Shown: piece after piece, positions 25,017-32,423 of the stretch
Layout of the letters: each line of letters opens with the position of its first letter
How positions within the stretch are numbered: the stretch's first letter is position 1
Assembly: GCA_030651515.1 (NCBI GenBank)
Contig: JAUSEO010000005.1
Coordinates: 1-38,708, forward strand
From: an archaeon
GTDB taxonomy: Archaea > Iainarchaeota > Iainarchaeia > Iainarchaeales > GW2011-AR10
Direction of reading: 5' to 3'
Length of the DNA: 38,708 bases
Notes under the pieces: model-generated
The model's input: only the letters and a program-made list of their open reading frames with translations
Database searches by the model: none
What the model was told of the DNA's origin: nothing
Position numbers and translations under genes: made by a program

Positions 25017-26246
25017 TTATCCGATTGTGACATTCATTGTGGCTTTGAGTATGCTTGAGTTTGGCCAAAAAGACCTTACCTTGAATGAACTTTCTGGCGC
25101 CGTGAATTCAATAGTCTTATTCTCGCCAGGTTTTACAACCCCCGTGTTGAAGTGGTCGCTTCTGATGTCTTCCCCGCCCCACGAAACCCCGCTTGTCGGA
25201 ACGTTGAAAGTTATTCTCACAAGGTCCCCTGGAGAAACAGTTATCTCATTCGGGTCGAACTTTGAATCGTTTGCAAGAATCGTGAATTCTTTTGTTTCCG
25301 GCTCCTGTTGTGCATCCCCTGTTGCAGGCATTATTGTTATTGATTTTTCTTCAGAGTAAGCGTGCTTCCCTTCAACCATTGCGTGCACGCGGAAAAAAAG
25401 CGTTGTTTCTTCCAAAACTTCCGGCAAGGCAAAACCCACTCCAAACTGGCCATCAGTTGTTCTGCCGGTCAGGACATCGCTTGCGTTTGCGTATTCCTCA
25501 AAGTTCTCGCCATGCCCGCCAACCAAGTCCCAGTGCACTGCAGTGTGTTCAACTAATTTGTCTTCACTGCTTGCAACGGTCCATGCTAAAAAGAAATTTT
25601 CATCAGAAACACCTGCTGGCTCGAAAATGACCTGTTCAATCCTTGGCTTTGCAAGCTCGTCTTCAACTTCTCTCCCTTCTTCCCTCATTTTTTCCATGAA
25701 TTCTCCAAATTGTTTTTCGCCAAACAGCTTCACCATGTTTGGTGCAAAAACGTATTTTCCATCCTGCATGGCAATTGAGTAAAGGTCAAAGTAAAGCACC
25801 ATGTTGGTTTCAGAATCCTTTGTGATTCCAAAATTGTTTTCAACCAAAAATTCTTTTTGAGGCAGTTCCACCTGTATGGTTTCACCATCTGCAAGCAAAA
25901 CCTCTATTTTTGAAACAGTGGCTTTCAGGCCGGTAAATGCTTCCGATTCAAGTTCAGTTGACCCAAGCCCCCCTTTTTCACCTTCAAGCGAAAGGACATC
26001 ATAAATCTTTTTGTTGACAGTAAGGCCAAGTTCGTGCCCATCAGCACCGATTGCCTTGATGTTTTCAAAACCAACCATTATTTGTGAAACACCAGAGTTC
26101 TCGTTGTAGGATTCCTGGCTGGAAATGGAAAGAGAAAGCGTTCCTTTTTCTTTGGCTTGCGGTGGTTCCTGTGTCCCTGGTTGCTGCGTTGCACAGCCTG
26201 CAAAAAAAAGACCCAAAACCAAAAAAAGCGCCAAGAAACTCTTCAT
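25017..26246 (-). CDS. secreted lipoprotein with DUF4382-like N-domain and Cys-free cupredoxin-like C-domain
   Basis: 409 aa. Lipobox FFAGC. The C-terminal KEFTILANDSKFDPNEITVSPGDLVRITFNV...KPGENKTIEFTAPE has a cupredoxin-type strand pattern, but the only Cys in the protein is the lipobox Cys. Confidence 0.55.
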   Translation of the reverse strand: MKSFLALFLVLGLFFAGCATQQPGTQEPPQAKEKGTLSLSISSQESYNENSGVSQIMVGFENIKAIGADGHELGLTVNKKIYDVLSLEGEKGGLGSTELESEAFTGLKATVSKIEVLLADGETIQVELPQKEFLVENNFGITKDSETNMVLYFDLYSIAMQDGKYVFAPNMVKLFGEKQFGEFMEKMREEGREVEDELAKPRIEQVIFEPAGVSDENFFLAWTVASSEDKLVEHTAVHWDLVGGHGENFEEYANASDVLTGRTTDGQFGVGFALPEVLEETTLFFRVHAMVEGKHAYSEEKSITIMPATGDAQQEPETKEFTILANDSKFDPNEITVSPGDLVRITFNVPTSGVSWGGEDIRSDHFNTGVVKPGENKTIEFTAPESSFKVRSFWPNSSILKATMNVTIG

Positions 26247-26334
26247 TCAAAAACCACCTAATTGTTGGGTAAAAAAAGCATTTTAAGCTTAATTTAGGCC
26301 TACTCAACGCTTTGGAAAAACTCTTTTTGTTTTT

Positions 26335-27045
26335 TCAAGAATCTTTTTCTGGAGTTTGGCCTATGTGCTCTTCAAAAGCCGTTCGCGGGGGTGTTTTCAG
26401 GGCTCTAAAGCCCAATCTGACAATCAATGCCGTGATTGCCAATGCCAAAAAAACCAGGCCATAAGGCCGCACGTCAAGCCCCTTGCCTGGTTTTATTTCA
26501 AGGACAAGGAAATGCACTATTGCAAAAAACAATGCCACATAGCCGGTTGTCTGGAGAAGTTTCCATTTTATGTAACCCATTTTTTTCACGGCCTCAGCCG
26601 TCGAGGTGATGGCCATGAGGAAAAAAATTCCAAATGCCAAAACCGCGGCAACAAAACCAATCCACTTGGGGTTTGCAAAAAGCATTTTGTTTGGGTCAAG
26701 GCCATAAATCACGAAAAGCGAATACGCTGAATGCAAAATTGCAAACAGGAATCCTGCAATCCCGGCATCCTTTCTGTACAGCAAGAATTTTCCAAAAGTT
26801 TTCGGAAACATTTTTGACAACGGGCCGACAACAAGCGCGCATGAAATCAAGCCGATTGCAGCCAGTGCCGCAACTTTGTTCAGCTCCGACCACGATTTCG
26901 CCGCGTCAGAAAAAAAAATTACAGCCAAAAGCTTTTGCGGGACAAGCGTTTTTGTCTCCTTGTCATATGCTGTGTAAAAAAACAAGAGTGACAAAAAAAC
27001 AGCGGCGACAAAAACAAACGAGCCAGCCCTGGCAGACAGAGTCAT
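26335..27045 (-). CDS. ferric-reductase-like / MsrQ(YedZ)-like heme-b transmembrane protein
   Basis: 236 aa. YRKDAGIAGFLFAILHSAYSL and WKLLQTTGYVALFFAIVHFL. Same length and motif layout as 146..856. Confidence 0.6.
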   Translation of the reverse strand: MTLSARAGSFVFVAAVFLSLLFFYTAYDKETKTLVPQKLLAVIFFSDAAKSWSELNKVAALAAIGLISCALVVGPLSKMFPKTFGKFLLYRKDAGIAGFLFAILHSAYSLFVIYGLDPNKMLFANPKWIGFVAAVLAFGIFFLMAITSTAEAVKKMGYIKWKLLQTTGYVALFFAIVHFLVLEIKPGKGLDVRPYGLVFLALAITALIVRLGFRALKTPPRTAFEEHIGQTPEKDS

Positions 27046-27080
27046 TGCAGAGAAACAAATCCAAACTGATTTTTAAATAA

Positions 27081-27153
27081 TGCCGGTGGGCAGATTTGAA
27101 CTGCCGGTCCCCACATTATGAGTGTGGTGCTTTGACCGCTAAGCTACACCGGC
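27081..27153 (-). tRNA. tRNA with CAT anticodon (elongator Met or Ile2)
   Basis: Hand fold: GCCGGTG-TA-GCTT-AGCGGTCA-AAGC-A-CCACA-CTCATAA-TGTGG-GGACC-GGCAG-TTCAAAT-CTGCC-CACCGGC-A. It has G1-C72 rather than the initiator A1-U72 I recall for archaea. Confidence 0.9.
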
Positions 27154-27211
27154 AACTGATACGGCAGTTGGCACCGCGGGCGTTTCGCTTCGCTCAACAG
27201 TCCGTGCATCC

Positions 27212-27255
27212 GTTCACACCGCGTATGTGCCCTTTCTGCGAAAGGGCAGTAATAC
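27212..27255. repeat. GC-rich hairpin element, copy B (related to 7298..7357)
   Basis: GTTCACACCGCGTATG then TGCCCTTTC-tgc-GAAAGGGCA then GTAATAC. The 9-bp stem spans 27228..27248. It shares flanks with copy A. Confidence 0.6.
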
Positions 27256-27337
27256 TGCTGAATTTCACAGTTACAGTTATTCGCGCTTCCAAAAAGGGTT
27301 ACTTATTTTGGCTCTAAAAAGTTTAAAAAGCTGTTAA

Positions 27338-28009
27338 TCAGGCGTTGCGGCTCAAAACACGAACCCTGCCATTATGTAGCACTATGCGGTCGGCGTAGCC
27401 TAAAAACAAGCCTGTTTCAAGCACTCCTGGCACTTCTTTTGCCCTGTATTCAAGGTCCTCAAGTGAAAAAACCTTGTCACAATCCACGTCCACGATGTAG
27501 TGGCCGGTTTCCGTCTTCAGCTTGCGCCCTTTATCCTCTCTTATTCGTGCATGCCCAAAGGATTCAAGTTGGTTCACTGTTCTTTTCCACCCGAAAAAAG
27601 CTATTTCAAAGGGAATCCTGCCCCTGATTTTTTTCACAAAATTCTTTTCCTCTGCAACCACCAACAGGTTTTCAGCGCTTTGCGCAATCATTTTGTCCCG
27701 CACAAGCGAAGAAGAATCCCTTTTCACGAAATTAAAGTCCCTGTCAACCTGGTCAACAAATTCGACTGCAAAATCAATCTCATGCTCGTTAATCGTGGTT
27801 ATGGGGATTTCAAGCTGGCGCGCAATAACAGCCAGCCTGTTTGAAGTGGGCACAAACTGTATGGAGTTTATCGGGAGGTGGTCAAGCTCCAGCACAAGTG
27901 CCAGTTTTTTGAGGAATACCTCGCCCGCTTTTGAAGTGCCTATGGAAACAACGTCCCCGTCCTTTATGTACTTGAGGATAAACTTTTCAATGATGGCTTC
28001 AGACAGCAT
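27338..28009 (-). CDS. rpiA: ribose-5-phosphate isomerase A-like protein (divergent motifs)
   Basis: 223 aa with overall RpiA layout. C-terminal TETGHYIVDVD...EVPGVLETGLF matches TDNGN.ILD...GVVE.GLF. The DGADE and KGGGG motifs read VEFVDQ and KRDSSS. Confidence 0.6.
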   Translation of the reverse strand: MLSEAIIEKFILKYIKDGDVVSIGTSKAGEVFLKKLALVLELDHLPINSIQFVPTSNRLAVIARQLEIPITTINEHEIDFAVEFVDQVDRDFNFVKRDSSSLVRDKMIAQSAENLLVVAEEKNFVKKIRGRIPFEIAFFGWKRTVNQLESFGHARIREDKGRKLKTETGHYIVDVDCDKVFSLEDLEYRAKEVPGVLETGLFLGYADRIVLHNGRVRVLSRNA

Positions 28010-28066
28010 GGCAAACCAACAAAATACGGCGTTGCAGATATTTAATCGTTGCTTTCTTTTGCCAGC

Positions 28067-28939
28067 CTAACCTGCCTTTGACGCGCCATCTTTGGCCACG
28101 AGCAAGAGCACGCCTAAAGTTATGAGTATCCCGCCAATCATCGTGGCAAATGGGATTCCTTCAGAATAAAACAAAAAACCAACCAGTATAGTCATGGGTA
28201 TTTCAAGGACCAGGATAATGCTTGCGGCAATGACACTCACGGCCTTCATGCCATAAATGACGAACAGGGCTTCAATGACGCTGTAAGCCCCGCCTGTGGA
28301 CAAACCAAAAAAAATGCCTGAAATCTCTTTCTGCGAGCCAAAAAAAACGAACAACGGGAGATAAAAAAGAGCGCACAAGAGCACGGAGTAAAAAGAAACC
28401 TTTTTCGAGTCGGACTCCTTTAAGCTCCTTGAAGCAAGAATCATCCCGCCATACCCAAATGATGATGCAAGCGCTGCAATGTTTCCAACAAAAAATTTTT
28501 CCGACAGTGAAACAGAGGGCAAAAAAATCACGCCAATTCCAATCACGCATAGTGCAGCAGCGATTGCTTTCCACTTCGTTACTTTTTCCCTAAACAAAAC
28601 AATTGCAGCCAAAGAGCCCCACAAAAGCCCAGTGTAATGAAGCAGAATCGTGTTTGCAAAGGTCGACAAAGTGAACGCGTAAAAAAGAAACAGGTTGGTG
28701 CTTGAAAGGCTCACTGCATAAAACAACAATTTTTTTGCCTCGGTTTTGGCTGGAAAGCCAAGTTTTGCTTTTTGGGCTTTGAAAATCAAAAGCAGCAAAA
28801 CCGCGCCAAGGGAAAAACCAAGAAAATTCACGTCAAAAACGTTCAGGCCAATGCTTTCCAAAAACCGCAACAATGGGCCGTAAAAAGCCCACAAAAACGC
28901 AAGAGAAAGAACCGGCAGGTAGTTGAAAAAACGCGCCAT
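28067..28939 (-). CDS. EamA/DMT-family transporter
   Basis: 290 aa, about 10 TM helices in two repeated halves typical of EamA. Confidence 0.8.
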   Translation of the reverse strand: MARFFNYLPVLSLAFLWAFYGPLLRFLESIGLNVFDVNFLGFSLGAVLLLLIFKAQKAKLGFPAKTEAKKLLFYAVSLSSTNLFLFYAFTLSTFANTILLHYTGLLWGSLAAIVLFREKVTKWKAIAAALCVIGIGVIFLPSVSLSEKFFVGNIAALASSFGYGGMILASRSLKESDSKKVSFYSVLLCALFYLPLFVFFGSQKEISGIFFGLSTGGAYSVIEALFVIYGMKAVSVIAASIILVLEIPMTILVGFLFYSEGIPFATMIGGILITLGVLLLVAKDGASKAG

Positions 28940-28963
28940 GAAAACACCTTGGCTTTTTTTTTT

Positions 28964-30181
28964 TCACGCAGTTGCATTTGGCATTGAGTAAAAGGGGTTT
29001 TTTTTGTCCAGGTATTTCTGGATAAAATGCTTGAACAGGATTGGGGGCAGGATTGAACTTATCAGTGCAATCACGACTACTGCGGAAAAAATCTCGTTTG
29101 AAATGAACCCTGCTTTGAGTGCAATCAGGCCAACAGCAAGTTCTACGTCCCCCTTTGTGCTCATGGCCAGCGCCACAAGAAGCCCTTCAAGGTGTGAACC
29201 CTTGTTGAGCCGGACCCCAAGCCAGGTTCCAAAAATCCCGAAAAAAAAGCTGATTAAGAAAAGCAAGACAATGAGAAACGGGTTTGAAAGTGTAACCCCG
29301 AGGTCTGTGTTGTAGCCAACCCAGACAAAAAAAAGCGGGATGAAAAAACCAAAGCCAATTAAGTGAATGTCGTTTGAGATTTTGTGCTCTTCCCAGGGTT
29401 TTCTCTGCTCAATGCTCAAAAGGTTCCTGACAATTATCCCGGAAATGACTGCCCCTATAACCACTCCAAGCCCAAGCATGTTTGAAAGGACTCCCATGAG
29501 CAAGGCAACAGCAAGGGACGCGCCAAACAATGACTCGGGTGATTTTTTCGTCGAAAAAACGGAAAAAAACGAGGGCACTATCCAGAGCTTTGCAGAGACA
29601 ACGAGGGCAACAAAAATAACGAGGTTGAACAAAAACTGGAATGGTGCTGTGCTGGAAGAAAAGCCGATTAATCCAAGGGTGAGAGTCAAAAGCAATAGTT
29701 CAACTATGTCGTCAACCGAACCCGCATTGACTATTAACTGCCCAAGCCTGTCTTTGAGCAGCCCCAGTTCGTCAAGAACGTCAACTATTACAGCCTGCGC
29801 GGAAACAGACATGATGAGCCCAATCACCACGGCTGCAGTGAAGCTAAAACCCATCCATGTCGTGAACCAAAAAACAATGATGAATGGAAGCGCCGTGTTG
29901 AGTGCTGAAATGAACAGGGATTCCCTGAGGTTTCTTTTGAATGCAGGAATGCTTACTTCAAGGCCTGAAAAAAAGAAAAGCAAAAGGAGCCCAAAGTTTG
30001 CAATCGACTCAAACGACTCTTTTACCGCGGTGTCAAAGAGGCTTAGAGAAAAAAACGGGTGCGTCAAAAGAAGCCCTGCAGCAATGTAACCAACCACCCG
30101 CGCAAGCCCGAAACTGTGGGCTACTTTTCCGAAAACGAAAGCCAAAACAAACGCAATCAATAGCGTGAGGAAAAAATCCAT
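28964..30181 (-). CDS. cation:proton antiporter (CPA2/Kef-NapA type)
   Basis: 405 aa, polytopic. GLARVVGYIAAGLLL N-terminus, FFFSGLEV, and the Sodium/hydrogen exchanger family pattern. Confidence 0.8.
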   Translation of the reverse strand: MDFFLTLLIAFVLAFVFGKVAHSFGLARVVGYIAAGLLLTHPFFSLSLFDTAVKESFESIANFGLLLLFFFSGLEVSIPAFKRNLRESLFISALNTALPFIIVFWFTTWMGFSFTAAVVIGLIMSVSAQAVIVDVLDELGLLKDRLGQLIVNAGSVDDIVELLLLTLTLGLIGFSSSTAPFQFLFNLVIFVALVVSAKLWIVPSFFSVFSTKKSPESLFGASLAVALLMGVLSNMLGLGVVIGAVISGIIVRNLLSIEQRKPWEEHKISNDIHLIGFGFFIPLFFVWVGYNTDLGVTLSNPFLIVLLFLISFFFGIFGTWLGVRLNKGSHLEGLLVALAMSTKGDVELAVGLIALKAGFISNEIFSAVVVIALISSILPPILFKHFIQKYLDKKNPFYSMPNATA

Positions 30182-30226
30182 ACACCAAATACTGCAAACC
30201 AGTATAAAGAATTTTGTCCTGGAAAT

Positions 30227-30247
30227 GCCTCAGGGGAGAATTGAACT
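30227..30247. repeat. 21-nt direct repeat GCCTCAGGGGAGAATTGAACT (copy A)
   Basis: 20/21 identical to 30747..30767. Lies 17 nt downstream of the relE stop codon. Confidence 0.85.
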
Positions 30248-30264
30248 GAATTAATCGTTTTTTT

Positions 30265-30513
30265 TTAATCCTGATATACACGGGGCCTTTTGTCAATTTT
30301 TGTGATTAAGACAATCTGCTCTTTGTGCTTCACTTTGTACAGGGCGCGATAACCCCCAATTCTGTAACGGTAAATAGGCTCCCCATTGTCTCTTCCAATA
30401 AACTTTGAATCAGATGGAACAGGTTCATTCGACAGGCGCTTTAACCGCTCTTTAATCCTTTCACTAATGTGCCGGTCCAACTTGTCCAAAAACTTTTGGG
30501 CGTGCTGTGACAA
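30265..30513 (-). CDS. relE: RelE/ParE-family type II toxin
   Basis: 82 aa. PIYRYRIGGYRALYKVKHKEQIVLITKIDKRPRVY is the typical RelE/StbE C-terminal signature. Confidence 0.85.
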   Translation of the reverse strand: MSQHAQKFLDKLDRHISERIKERLKRLSNEPVPSDSKFIGRDNGEPIYRYRIGGYRALYKVKHKEQIVLITKIDKRPRVYQD

Positions 30514-30529
30514 GTGGACAGCATAGATA

Positions 30530-30718
30530 TCAGATCAGCCTCTTGGTTTTGCCAGCCTTTAAATCTTTTTCCGCTTTCTGAATGGATTCAACATCATCAT
30601 CCGTCAGCAATACATCTGAATCAGCCAGATGGCCTTTGATGTATTCGATATCCACCCGGATGTCTTTCAACTCTTTCAAAATCTGTTTCGATTCTGCTTC
30701 CATAAAATTTACTTGCAC
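30530..30718 (-). CDS. putative cognate antitoxin
   Basis: Small acidic ORF 16 nt upstream of relE. The likely true start is the ATG at 30703 (MEAESKQ...). Confidence 0.5.
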   Translation of the reverse strand: MQVNFMEAESKQILKELKDIRVDIEYIKGHLADSDVLLTDDDVESIQKAEKDLKAGKTKRLI

Positions 30719-30746
30719 TCAAAGACTTAAAAAACGTAATGTAAAA

Positions 30747-30767
30747 GCCTCAGGGGAGAATTGCACT
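30747..30767. repeat. 21-nt direct repeat GCCTCAGGGGAGAATTGCACT (copy B)
   Basis: Lies 17 nt downstream of the stop of the 191-aa lipoprotein gene, exactly 520 bp from copy A. Confidence 0.85.
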
Positions 30768-30784
30768 CTCGACCTGCCCGTTGG

Positions 30785-31360
30785 CTACTTGGTTATTTCA
30801 TATTTTATGTACTGGGGCTGCCTGTTAATGAAAGGATTTGAATATTCAAAGAAAACGTCCAATTTTTCCAGGCTTTCAGGGACTTCAAACGCCACCCACC
30901 CACTGGTTTTTTGGCCGACGTTAAGCTGCTCAATAAAACTTAATGTTTTGGAGTAGTCATCCTCCAGGCCGACTGCAAATGTTCTGCTGATTTTTTCCCG
31001 TTCTTCATCTTCAGAATATATGTCTGGAGAAAAGAAATCCGTGTCTTCCCCGATATTTTTTATTTCAAAAAAAGCCACCACATAATGTTTGTAAAAATAT
31101 TCATTGTTGCTGCTGGCAAACTTTGCTTCTTTCAGAACTACTTCATATTCCGTGTTCAGGTACTTTATTTTGTAAGGCGTTCCTATAACCGCGTTTTCTA
31201 TGTTTTTGTTCGGATTTTCCTGTGCTTTACTTTCTGGAGGCTCTGTTTTTTCATCCGCTGTGTCTGTTTTTTCTTCAACGCTTCCGGTCTGTTTTGAAGT
31301 GCAACCAAAAAGCAGCACAAGAACTGCCAAAGAAACCAAGAGTATTTTTGATATGTTCAT
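30785..31360 (-). CDS. DUF4352-like secreted lipoprotein
   Basis: 191 aa. Lipobox LLFGC, then an acidic linker, then a beta-rich domain (YVVAFFEIKNIGEDTDFF...GWVAFEVPE) like DUF4352. Confidence 0.6.
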   Translation of the reverse strand: MNISKILLVSLAVLVLLFGCTSKQTGSVEEKTDTADEKTEPPESKAQENPNKNIENAVIGTPYKIKYLNTEYEVVLKEAKFASSNNEYFYKHYVVAFFEIKNIGEDTDFFSPDIYSEDEEREKISRTFAVGLEDDYSKTLSFIEQLNVGQKTSGWVAFEVPESLEKLDVFFEYSNPFINRQPQYIKYEITK

Positions 31361-31362
31361 TT

Positions 31363-31725
31363 TTATGCCTCATTATTTTTTTTAAGAACGCCCATCAAGC
31401 CCCCTATTAACAGGAGAATGAATGAGAGTGAGTAAAACCAGCTGATTGAAATTAATCCGCCAATGGCGGAAACCAGCATAAGGGCTCCGCCAAGTCTTGG
31501 TTTGTTTCTTACAAGAACGGAACCAACTATTCCGACAATTGAAAATATTATTGCAGCAAAACCAAGCACTACTATAAACGAGCTGGAATCCACTACTTCC
31601 TTTGATTCAACTGCTTCTCCGATTGCTCCAGCCAACCCGCCCAAAAGCAGGGCAGCCAAAGCCCCAAAAAAACCAAGAATTCCGCCAATTAAACCTAAAA
31701 CAAACTCAACTGTTCTTGACCCCAT
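31363..31725 (-). CDS. DUF4064-like membrane protein
   Basis: 120 aa from the internal ATG (MGSRTVEFVLGLIGGILGFFGA...). The longer track ORF would overlap the divergent regulator gene. Confidence 0.5.
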   Translation of the reverse strand: MGSRTVEFVLGLIGGILGFFGALAALLLGGLAGAIGEAVESKEVVDSSSFIVVLGFAAIIFSIVGIVGSVLVRNKPRLGGALMLVSAIGGLISISWFYSLSFILLLIGGLMGVLKKNNEA

Positions 31726-31816
31726 TTTACTCTTTGAAATAATGCTACGAAACTCATATAAATATGTTATGAGGCGGTTATGAGCTGATTTTAATAGGGC
31801 AAGCGTCCTAAATAAT

Positions 31817-32071
31817 ATGTTTGAAGAAATAGTTGCCCTTAAAAGAAGTAAAACCAAAACACAAATTTTGAAGGCACTTTTTCAAGCAAAGACTCCAACC
31901 GAAGTTGCCAAACAGCTAAATTTGCACCAGTCAAGTGTCTCAAGAAGCATTTTGCAAATGGAGCAGGCTGGGTTGTTAAAATGCGTTACTCCAAAAGAAA
32001 GAAACTTTAGGCATTATCTGATAACCGAGAAAGGTAAAAAATTGCTGAAAATAGTGCAAGCAAAAACTTGA
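31817..32071 (+). CDS. winged-helix (ArsR/MarR-like) transcriptional regulator
   Basis: 84 aa. The helix-turn-helix is PTEVAKQLNLHQSSVSRSILQMEQAGLL. A small hairpin AAAGGC-tgaa-GCCTTT at 32123..32138 follows. Confidence 0.7.
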   Translation: MFEEIVALKRSKTKTQILKALFQAKTPTEVAKQLNLHQSSVSRSILQMEQAGLLKCVTPKERNFRHYLITEKGKKLLKIVQAKT

Positions 32072-32149
32072 GTTTTTTTTTCACTTTTAAACTATTTTTT
32101 CGCACCGGTAACGAGGCTCCAAAAAGGCTGAAGCCTTTATTGGAAAATA

Positions 32150-32242
32150 AGCTCTTGGCGGGAATTGAACCCGCGATCCCGTCCTAATCAGCCTTCCTTA
32201 TGTAGATACCAAGGACGTGCGATACCACTTCGCTACAAGAGC
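32150..32242 (-). tRNA. tRNA-Thr(GGT) with 21-nt intron after position 37
   Basis: Hand fold: GCTCTTG-TA-GCGA-AGTGGTA-TCGC-A-CGTCC-TTGGTA|21 nt|A-GGACG-GGATC-GCGGG-TTCAATT-CCCGC-CAAGAGC-T. Discriminator T, as in the other tRNA-Thr. Confidence 0.85.
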
Positions 32243-32282
32243 CTAATAACCCTAATACTTGCCTTAAAAAATCCTTAAATTA

Positions 32283-32382
32283 TGTCAAACCACGAAAGTT
32301 TTTAGGCTTATTGGCGTGGTTTGACAGATAACACCTCGCAAAGTGAAGCTTTGCGAGGCATCGCAAATGCAAAAACATTTGC
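32283..32382. other. three consecutive perfect hairpins between hisS and tRNA-Thr
   Basis: Three stems: TGTCAAACCACG-N20-CGTGGTTTGACA (32283..32326), CCTCGCAAAG-tgaag-CTTTGCGAGG (32334..32358) and GCAAATG-caaaaa-CATTTGC (32363..32382). Confidence 0.75.
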
Positions 32383-32423
32383 AATGAACCATGGAAAATT
32401 TTCCGAATTATTTTCTTGGTTTG

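Noticed and set aside
27096-27317. 73-aa plus-strand ORF in the rpiA-tRNA spacer.
   Set aside because: It overlaps the tRNA gene for its first 58 nt, and its Cys/Arg-rich translation has no motif. The region is better explained as structured non-coding DNA.
30227-30247. The 21-nt repeat read on the minus sense (AGTTCAATTCTCCCCTGAGGC) resembles a tRNA T-loop plus 3' acceptor fragment.
   Set aside because: No complementary 5' T-stem strand precedes it in either copy, and copy B has TGCAATT instead of a TTC-type T-loop. It is not a tRNA remnant I can support.
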